Assembly: GCA_041946805.1 (NCBI GenBank)
Contig: JBHGBC010000194.1
Location: 1 to 10,535 of the forward strand
Direction of reading: 5' to 3'
Source: a bacterium
GTDB lineage: Bacteria > Hinthialibacterota > Hinthialibacteria > Hinthialibacterales > Hinthialibacteraceae
Length of the DNA: 10,535 nucleotides
The notes under the pieces were generated by a model. It saw only the letters and a program-made list of their open reading frames with translations, did no database searches and was not told where the DNA came from. Shown here one piece after another: positions 1 to 5,796 of the stretch. Every line of letters begins with the position of its first letter. The first letter of the stretch is position 1. Made by a program: the position numbers and the translations under genes.

Positions 1-14
1 ACGGCTTTCCAGCA

Positions 15-36
15 GCCCAGGGTTTTAACCCTGGGC
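15..36. repeat. REP-like palindrome GCCCAGGGTT-TT-AACCCTGGGC, probably inside a MITE truncated by the window start
   Basis: Perfect 10-bp inverted arms at 15-24 and 27-36. It lies 14 nt before the TIR copy at 51-72. Confidence 0.65.
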
Positions 37-50
37 CTATCGCGCCGGAG

Positions 51-72
51 GTACGCACTGGTCGGATGAACC
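51..72. mobile_element. Right-end 22-bp terminal inverted repeat of the MITE family; left end is outside the window
   Basis: GTACGCACTGGTCGGATGAACC is 19/22 identical to the reverse complement of the left TIR at 6470-6491. Confidence 0.65.
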
Positions 73-123
73 TTATCAACCATGCCGGGCCGCTCTTCAT
101 TCGGGCTGGCCGGGGAGATCTCC

Positions 124-164
124 CCCTCATCCCCTCTCCCGCCGGGAAAGGTCTAGGGTGAGAG
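124..164 (+). repeat. REP-like CCCCTCTCCC-N3-GGGAGAGGG..GGGTGAGGG hairpin, copy 1 of 3
   Basis: 131-164 is 28/34 identical to 6551-6584. Confidence 0.75.
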
Positions 165-235
165 AATTTTTAAAGAGGCCGACCTAGATGTCCACCCCCA
201 TCATGGAATGGAAGGAAGGCCTTTTTCACCAGCGG

Positions 236-257
236 ATACGCACTTGCCGGATGATCC
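236..257. mobile_element. Second right-end 22-bp TIR of the MITE family
   Basis: 237-263 (TACGCACTTGCCGGATGATCCAGAAAT) is 26/27 identical to the reverse complement of 3653-3679. It lies 71 nt after REP copy 1, compared with 69 nt in the complete element. Confidence 0.7.
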
Positions 258-357
258 AGAAATCGGCTGGATGATATACACTTAGGGCCGTCCTGGGCAT
301 GGGGCGGGGTGGTGATGGTGCGGGGCCGTACCTAACTTCTGTCAAGTAATTGGCTTA

Positions 358-386
358 TTGTATTCATTTTTCAGGTGTGGTATACT
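358..386 (+). promoter_or_regulatory. Candidate sigma70 promoter for the fliA block
   Basis: TTGTAT (358-363), 17-bp spacer, TATACT (381-386), with extended -10 TG at 378-379. It ends 31 nt upstream of the ATG at 418. Confidence 0.65.
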
Positions 387-417
387 GGAACAGAATCAAC
401 TGCACGGGCTGTGAGCG

Positions 418-927
418 ATGGACAAGCGGAAATTGTTTCGCGATATCGCCCGGATTCGGCAACAGCTGTTCGCCTTAACCGCGTTCGCTGGGTTTGTGGT
501 GGTGTGTCTGGCGACCCTGATCGGACAGGGTCCTGACTTTTATGTGTTATTCCGGAATTCCACCCTGGCGATCTTGGCCTTTGGAGTGTTGGGCTATGTA
601 TGGGGGATTCTCTACGTCCGGACTGTGGAAAGTCCCTTATTGGAATCATACCGGCTGGAAGCGCAGCAACGGGTGGAGGAATTACGGAACCTGGGCCATC
701 AGCGGTTAACGATGACCGTCAGTGTATCCGAACTGGTTCCGGGCATGAAAGTCGTCGACGCGGTTTTCACCAAGGAAGGCGCGCTCCTGGTGCGGCAAGG
801 CGCTGTGCTTTCCGAGCGCCTGATCCAGGCCTTGAAGGAGAACAACATCCCGGCCGTGAAGGTCGAAGCCCAGCGGTCGGATCACGAGGATATGGATGAA
901 GAAGAAACCGAGGACCTCGAATCATGA
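418..927 (+). CDS. Hypothetical membrane protein: 2 N-terminal TM helices plus a small C-terminal domain resembling the DUF3391-like N-terminal domain of HD-GYP proteins
   Basis: 169 aa. Hydrophobic segments LFALTAFAGFVVVCLATLIG and LAILAFGVLGYVWGILY. Motif VSELVPGMKVVDAVFTKEGALLVRQGAVLSERLIQAL. Acidic tail. Promoter directly upstream. Confidence 0.8.
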   Translation: MDKRKLFRDIARIRQQLFALTAFAGFVVVCLATLIGQGPDFYVLFRNSTLAILAFGVLGYVWGILYVRTVESPLLESYRLEAQQRVEELRNLGHQRLTMTVSVSELVPGMKVVDAVFTKEGALLVRQGAVLSERLIQALKENNIPAVKVEAQRSDHEDMDEEETEDLES

Positions 928-1012
928 ATGGCTGTCTGCCGAACCCCTTGACCGGTGGGACAGAGAAAGATCATAACTAAGCGGCCGCGACGGCCATACC
1001 AAACCACGGTCT

Positions 1013-1831
1013 ATGTTCATGCGCTATTACAACGGGTATAAAGAGAAGATATCCCCCGAGGAAGAAAAACGGCTCTGGATGGAGTACGCCAAAACCCGTT
1101 CACTCGAAGCGCGCGAAAAATTGGCAGAAAAGTATATCCATCTGGTCAAATATGTGATCAACCGTATGTTGACTGTCTCGCATATCGAAAGCGAAGTTTT
1201 GGATTACGATGACCTCTATTCCTGCGGGGTTATAGGGCTGCTGGCGGCGATCGACGGTTTCGACACCACGCGGGAAGTGAAATTCATCACCTACGCCATC
1301 CCCCGCATCAAGGGATCCATCATCGATGAATTGCGGTCCGTCGATTGGATTCCCCGCTCCCTGCGGCAGCAGGTCAATCGGCTGCAATCCGCGTTCAATG
1401 AGCTGGAAGGGGAATTGATGCGCCCTGCTAATGACCTGGAACTCTCTCAAAAACTTGGAATTACAAGCGAAGACCTGCAAGCCCTTCTGAACCATGCCAG
1501 CCGCGCTTCCCTCTTGTCCCTGGATGAAGTGATCCGCATCTCCGACGACGGCACCACCACCCGCGGGGAAATGACCCCCGCCCGGAAAACCGAAGATCCC
1601 CGGAATACCATCCACCAGGAAGAAATCGTGGAACTGCTCACCCAGGCCATCGAGAATTTGCCCGAAAAGGAACGCCTGGTGGTGATCATGTACTACAACG
1701 ACGAACTCACCTTGCGTGAAATCGGCGAAGTGCTGGGTGTGACGGAATCCCGGGTTTGCCAGCTCCATACCAAGGCGATGCTGCGCTTGCGCGGCAAATT
1801 GGCGGCTTGGCAGCAAGACCTGGTGATGTAA
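1013..1831 (+). CDS. fliA: RNA polymerase sigma factor, FliA/WhiG (sigma-28) family
   Basis: Region 2: DDLYSCGVIGLLAAIDGFD..KFITYAIPRIKGSIIDELRSVDWIPRS. Region 4: LPEKERLVVIMYYNDELTLREIGEVLGVTESRVCQLH. Confidence 0.97.
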   Translation: MFMRYYNGYKEKISPEEEKRLWMEYAKTRSLEAREKLAEKYIHLVKYVINRMLTVSHIESEVLDYDDLYSCGVIGLLAAIDGFDTTREVKFITYAIPRIKGSIIDELRSVDWIPRSLRQQVNRLQSAFNELEGELMRPANDLELSQKLGITSEDLQALLNHASRASLLSLDEVIRISDDGTTTRGEMTPARKTEDPRNTIHQEEIVELLTQAIENLPEKERLVVIMYYNDELTLREIGEVLGVTESRVCQLHTKAMLRLRGKLAAWQQDLVM

Positions 1832-1847
1832 ATCCGTTTTTCTATCA

Positions 1848-1867
1848 CCCGCCGTCGAACCGGCGGG
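1848..1867. other. GC-rich intergenic hairpin after fliA with no U-tract; possible mRNA stability or processing element
   Basis: CCCGCCG-TCGAAC-CGGCGGG, a 7-bp perfect stem. Confidence 0.4.
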
Positions 1868-1882
1868 CCAGGGAGCCGGAAC

Positions 1883-2221
1883 ATGAGCGGGGCTGATTTG
1901 CAAAATCCCATCGCGAACATGCCGCATATCCAGCAGTTGCAGGTGTCGCACCAGCAACAGGAGCAAGCCGCTCCCTTGGCTCAGGCAAAAACCTTGGAAG
2001 CGGAGGTGCGCCAGGAACTCACCACCGTCCGGCAGTCCGAGGATCAAAAGGAAAACACCCGCGTTTCGGATCAAGATGTGTCCCGCGGCAGAGCGGACCG
2101 GCGGCGGTTGCGGCCCCGGAAAGCCCAATCCCCGGAGCCGGCCGGCTCCGATCCGGGTGTGGAAAACCGGAAGCGGCCGCAGGATGGAATCCACGGACGT
2201 TTTCTTGACACGGAAGCCTGA
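1883..2221 (+). CDS. Small hydrophilic hypothetical protein, likely flagella-associated
   Basis: 112 aa with GGGAG RBS upstream. Q-rich N-half and basic C-half. C-terminal GRFLDTEA matches the GxxxDxx(A/V) tail seen in FlaG/YjfB-like motility proteins. Confidence 0.7.
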   Translation: MSGADLQNPIANMPHIQQLQVSHQQQEQAAPLAQAKTLEAEVRQELTTVRQSEDQKENTRVSDQDVSRGRADRRRLRPRKAQSPEPAGSDPGVENRKRPQDGIHGRFLDTEA

Positions 2222-2310
2222 TTTTTTTATTTATACTGATTGCGTTCTCCTGGCTTGGTTTGAGGATTTTCTGCTGAGGTGATGAATCTTTTCCCCGAGA
2301 GGGTGGGATT

Positions 2311-2796
2311 ATGTCATTCATTGAAATCAGTCTTTTGGTCATCGATATCGGATTGCTGTTTTGGATCATTCATCTGAAGTGGGAACTCCGCCGGATATCC
2401 AAGAATATGAACCCTCTGGTCCCGGCGGCTCCACCGTCCGGTTTCACGGAACGGGATTTGCACGCGCTTCGTTCTTCCCTGGCGGAATTGGTTGAGGATG
2501 TGGAGCAATACACGGAACTGCAGCTCCAAAAAATGAGGGCCCAAACCCAGGTCCTGCATTCGTTGTGTGAACGCATGGAACAAAAATTACATGTCGTGGA
2601 GGAACCCCCATCCCCGGATTCTGGCGAAAAGATCACCGCCCGGGTCGTCCCCCTGTCGGCCCACCCCGGATTCACCCATCATTCCCAGAAAGACAAGATC
2701 ATTGAACTCTACCGCCAAGGGTGGCCTTGCGAAAAAATCGCCGAGGAATTGCGGATCACCAAGAGCGAGGTTCAGCTGATCGTGAATCTTTCTTGA
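2311..2796 (+). CDS. SwrB/YlxL-like (DUF6115/DUF2802-type) membrane-anchored protein with C-terminal HTH
   Basis: N-terminal TM ISLLVIDIGLLFWIIHL, coiled coil, and C-terminal KIIELYRQGWPCEKIAEELRITKSEVQLIVNL. Downstream of the flagellar sigma factor, as swrB follows sigD in Bacillus subtilis. Confidence 0.8.
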   Translation: MSFIEISLLVIDIGLLFWIIHLKWELRRISKNMNPLVPAAPPSGFTERDLHALRSSLAELVEDVEQYTELQLQKMRAQTQVLHSLCERMEQKLHVVEEPPSPDSGEKITARVVPLSAHPGFTHHSQKDKIIELYRQGWPCEKIAEELRITKSEVQLIVNLS

Positions 2797-2977
2797 AGCG
2801 ATTTTCCCGGTTTCCCTCGATCCGGCGCTTTCCTGGGTCCAATTCATGTGGAAATCTGTTGAATGCGCCCTTTTCCTGTCCGGCGGTCTTCGCGCCGATT
2901 GACTCTTCCCGGTCTCCGATGTGAAATCTGATTGGAAACCGGCCGGCGGCGGTTCGTTGAAAAACAGGAGGAAGACC

Positions 2978-3649
2978 ATGGGATATGAGGCCCTGGCGCG
3001 AATCCGGAACTATGTGAAACGGGACCGGGTGGTGCCCGTCACCCTGGAAATGAGATACCGGGCGGTTTACAGCACTCTCCAAGGCAACCTTCCAGTCAAT
3101 GACCGCATCCGGGGAATGATCGTGGATGTGCCCGTGGATCTGCGCCTGGAATACACGGTGATTCCCAACGTGGTCTGTTGTTTTCCGGTAAACCATTACC
3201 TGACCGGGACCATCGGGGACACGCCGGTTCAGGCGCGCATGCTATGGAAACTGATGTTCAACACCCTCGCCGGGAACATTCCGGTGAACACGGGAATCGA
3301 ATGGTACGTGGAAGGGAAACGGTATCAGTTGCAGATTCCTTACACCTTCAAACTCGGCACTGCCCGGGGAGGAGGCGGACTAGGCGCTGGTGGAGGCGGA
3401 ACCAGGAAAAAATTCGCCGCGCCGAAATATATCCGGGGCCGCATGGTGGTGTCGGAAAAAAAAGGCGGCGGGGGGGATTCCATCGGTTTTGAATTGGGAC
3501 GGCCCATCGCGGCCGGCCTGCGGGGACTAATCCAAGACGTGGAAATCAATCTACGCTTTTCGTATAACTATTACACCAATACCAGCAGCGGGAGAAATCC
3601 CATCAATGTGCGGGCGGAGGGATTTCTCCGGGACGCCGCCGGATCCTGA
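2978..3649 (+). CDS. Hypothetical protein with five ~32-aa internal repeats and a Gly/Lys-rich insertion
   Basis: AGGAGG RBS at 2966-2971 precedes ATG 2978, preferred over GTG 2921. 223 aa. Recurrent P(V/I)N..(I/L).G.I.D motif. Confidence 0.8.
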   Translation: MGYEALARIRNYVKRDRVVPVTLEMRYRAVYSTLQGNLPVNDRIRGMIVDVPVDLRLEYTVIPNVVCCFPVNHYLTGTIGDTPVQARMLWKLMFNTLAGNIPVNTGIEWYVEGKRYQLQIPYTFKLGTARGGGGLGAGGGGTRKKFAAPKYIRGRMVVSEKKGGGGDSIGFELGRPIAAGLRGLIQDVEINLRFSYNYYTNTSSGRNPINVRAEGFLRDAAGS

Positions 3650-3732
3650 TTTATTTCTGGATCATCCGGCAAGAGCGTACTTTTTTCCGATCGCCGGATC
3701 GCATCTCTTCAAAATGATCAAGAGAACCACCC

Positions 3733-3773
3733 CCTAAATTCCCTCACCCTCTGGGAGAGGGCCAGGGTAAGGG
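3733..3773 (+). repeat. REP-like hairpin, copy 2 of 3 (inside MITE)
   Basis: 36/41 identical to 6544-6584. Confidence 0.8.
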
Positions 3774-3779
3774 TTTTTT
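3741..3779 (+). terminator. Possible intrinsic terminator formed by the REP hairpin plus a T6 run
   Basis: CCCTCACCCT (3741-3750) can pair with AGGGTAAGGG (3764-3773) with 1 mismatch, followed directly by TTTTTT. Lies between convergent genes. Confidence 0.4.
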
Positions 3780-3864
3780 GTTGGTTCGGCTCATGTGTCC
3801 GCGCTTATCCCGGAGTGAATGGGATCGATTTAATTTCATGATGTACGCCCTTCCCGGATGAAAC

Positions 3865-4284
3865 TTATTTCTTCTCACCCTCCTGGATCTGTTTCCATTC
3901 CTTGAGGCTGAAGACCGGTTCGGTGCGGCCGCGGTGGCAGACGAAGCAGTTCACTTTCTTGTCACTATCCTTGAAAAATTGTTCATTGATGGTTTGGATC
4001 ATTTTCATCATGGCCCGAGCTTCATCTTTGTGGAGTTCATCGATATCCTTCTCGAAGGCGGTCAGGTCGTGACAATACTTGCAATCCACACCCAGGGATT
4101 CGGTCAATCCCTTCATGAACGTCTGCAGTTCGATCATGTTGTTGAACTTCAGAACCTGCAGGTTCTTGCCAAATCCCTTGGAAGCGGTGTTTTCCTGGCT
4201 CCACAAGTTTTGCTGGTCCAAGATCACCACGAATCCCAACGCCAACAGTAACACCAATCCACTGACGATACGCACTCGTTTCAT
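3865..4284 (-). CDS. Exported diheme c-type cytochrome, photosynthetic reaction-centre cytochrome c (PufC)-like small family
   Basis: Signal/anchor MKRVRIVSGLVLLLALGFVVIL. Motifs NLQVL, M..L.ESLGVDCKYCH, ARAMMKMIQTIN and VNCFVCHRG. Start 4284 has GAGG 6 nt upstream; alternative start 4296. Confidence 0.9.
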   Translation of the reverse strand: MKRVRIVSGLVLLLALGFVVILDQQNLWSQENTASKGFGKNLQVLKFNNMIELQTFMKGLTESLGVDCKYCHDLTAFEKDIDELHKDEARAMMKMIQTINEQFFKDSDKKVNCFVCHRGRTEPVFSLKEWKQIQEGEKK

Positions 4285-4380
4285 ATCAGGCCTCATGGTT
4301 TCATTAGGATGAAATGATATCCTTTAGTGTATGGGGAAAAAGCGGATTTCCCAAAAATTGGGCGCCCTGTGAAGTAAGTA

Positions 4381-4404
4381 TTTTGACAGGAGTTATAGTC
4401 AAAA
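4381..4404. promoter_or_regulatory. Palindrome TTTTGAC-N10-GTCAAAA between divergent genes; candidate operator or back-to-back -35 boxes
   Basis: Perfect 7-bp arms. Contains TTGACA (+, 4383-4388) and TTGACT (-, 4397-4402). The matching -10 boxes are weak. Confidence 0.5.
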
Positions 4405-4492
4405 ATAAGCCATCCCCCCTCATCGGGAAGGGAGGAGATGCTAGAATCCAGGCGCTCCCGTTGTCAGCCGATCATACGAAGGGAATGGATTG

Positions 4493-5794
4493 ATGATTTC
4501 ATTGTACCGCTGGTGCGACACACCGCCCGGGCAAAAGCAAAAGATCTTGGCCCGCTCCGCCCAGGATATCGACGCCTTCCTGCCCCAGGCGCAAAAGATC
4601 ATCGACGAGGTCAAACGCCGGGGAGACGAAGCCATCCGGCGCTATACCCTGGAATTCGACGGCGCCGATCTCTCCACCCTGGGTCTCCGGGTTTCCACCC
4701 AGGAACTGGAAGCCGCCGAAAAGAACCTGGCCCCGGAAGTGAAGCGGGCGATCGAGATTTCGTACAACCATATCAAGCGGTTCCATGAGCGTCAGATGCC
4801 CGAGGAACTGTGGATGACCGAAATCGCCCCCGGACTGATGGGCGGCGAAAAGATCACTCCGATCGAAAGCTGCGTGCTCTATGTCCCCCGGGGGACCGCC
4901 GCATACCCCTCCGTGCTGCTGATGCTGGGTGTGCCGGCAAAAGTGGCGGGCGTTCAGCGGATCGCGGTGGCCACTCCCCCGCAGCCGGACGGGCGGGTGG
5001 ACGACGCCTCGCTGTACGCCGCCCGGCTGGTAGGCATCGACGAGATTTACCGGTTCGGCGGAGTGCAAGCGGTGGCCGGCTTTGCCCTGGGCACGGAAAC
5101 CATCCGGCCTGTGCTCAAAATCATTGGACCCAGCAACATTTACGCGTCCGCGGCTAAAAAACTGCTGTACGGTTCGATTGAGTTGGGTCCGCCTGCCGGC
5201 CCCAGCGAATCCATCATCCTGGCGGACGAGACCGCCGATCCGGACATCGTGGCCACCGACCTGTTGATTGAAGCGGAGCACGGTCCGTATTCGGCCGCCC
5301 TGGTGGCGACTCCCAGCGAATCCCTGGCCCGGGCCGTGCAAGAGAAGATTCCTGGCAAGGTCAACGCGTTGCCGGAAAAACAACAGAAATACATCACCGC
5401 CGTTTTTTCGAATTACGGGGGAATCGTGTTGACTGATACCCTGGAGCAAGCAGTCGACTTCGTGAACGATTACGCCCCAGAGCACCTCGAGGTCCTGGTC
5501 CGGGATCCCTTGGCTTTGTTGGGGCGGCTGCGCAACGCGGGCGAGATCATGCTCGGGAAGTTCACACCCATTTCGTTGTGCAATTATTCCCTGGGTGTCA
5601 ACGCCATTCTGCCCACGGGCGGCCGGGCGAAAAGCAACTCGGTGGTGACCGTCCACGATTTTCTCAAACGAACCTCCGTAAGTTACGCCACTCGGGAGGG
5701 ATACGATTCTCTCCGGGGCCACGTTGTCCACTTCGCCGAGTTTGAAGGATTTCCCGCGCATGCCCAGGCTGTCCGGTTGGAAAGGAAGGATTGA
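4493..5794 (+). CDS. hisD: Histidinol dehydrogenase family protein, divergent HisD homolog
   Basis: Motifs YVPRG..AYPS, GGVQA, KIIGPSN, AGPSE, EAEH, APEHLE, LPTGG, EGFPAH. Non-canonical DLLIEAEH and PISLCNYSLGVNAILPT. ATG 4493 or TTG 4490. Confidence 0.92.
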   Translation: MISLYRWCDTPPGQKQKILARSAQDIDAFLPQAQKIIDEVKRRGDEAIRRYTLEFDGADLSTLGLRVSTQELEAAEKNLAPEVKRAIEISYNHIKRFHERQMPEELWMTEIAPGLMGGEKITPIESCVLYVPRGTAAYPSVLLMLGVPAKVAGVQRIAVATPPQPDGRVDDASLYAARLVGIDEIYRFGGVQAVAGFALGTETIRPVLKIIGPSNIYASAAKKLLYGSIELGPPAGPSESIILADETADPDIVATDLLIEAEHGPYSAALVATPSESLARAVQEKIPGKVNALPEKQQKYITAVFSNYGGIVLTDTLEQAVDFVNDYAPEHLEVLVRDPLALLGRLRNAGEIMLGKFTPISLCNYSLGVNAILPTGGRAKSNSVVTVHDFLKRTSVSYATREGYDSLRGHVVHFAEFEGFPAHAQAVRLERKD

Positions 5795-5796
5795 CT

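Larger units (their letters stand above)
3659..3864. mobile_element. Complete 206-bp MITE with 22-bp TIRs and an 8-bp target-site duplication (ISL3-like ends, inferred)
   Basis: Left TIR GGATCATCCGGCAAGAGCGTAC (3659-3680) and right TIR GTACGCCCTTCCCGGATGAAAC (3843-3864) are 18/22 complementary. Exact flanking direct repeat TTATTTCT at 3651-3658 and 3865-3872. Confidence 0.88.

Noticed and set aside
1325..1345. DELRSVD in FliA as a WhiG-type c-di-GMP contact motif
   Set aside because: The motif is general to FliA-family region 2, and no neighbouring protein shows the RsiG ExxxSxxRxxxQxxxD motif.
1829..1858. Possible sigma-28 promoter (TAAA ... GCCG) after fliA
   Set aside because: Spacer is 18 nt and GCCGTCGA matches GCCGATAA poorly. 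I found no convincing sigma-28 promoter in the window.
1100..2194. 364-aa antisense ORF over fliA and the next gene
   Set aside because: Antisense shadow of fliA.
2205..2237. TTGACA ... TATACT possible promoter before the swrB-like gene
   Set aside because: Spacer is 21 bp, too long. The hexamer at 17-bp spacing (TATTTA) is poor.
2921..2977. GTG-start N-terminal extension of the repeat protein
   Set aside because: A strong AGGAGG RBS points to ATG 2978.
3805..3831. Partial similarity between the right spacer of the first complete MITE and the left spacer of the second (TCCCGG..GAGTGA.TGG..ATCGATT)
   Set aside because: Short, needs several gaps and sits in non-equivalent positions. Not distinguishable from chance without more copies.
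4499..5761. 420-aa antisense ORF over the hisD-like gene
   Set aside because: Antisense shadow with no protein-family features.
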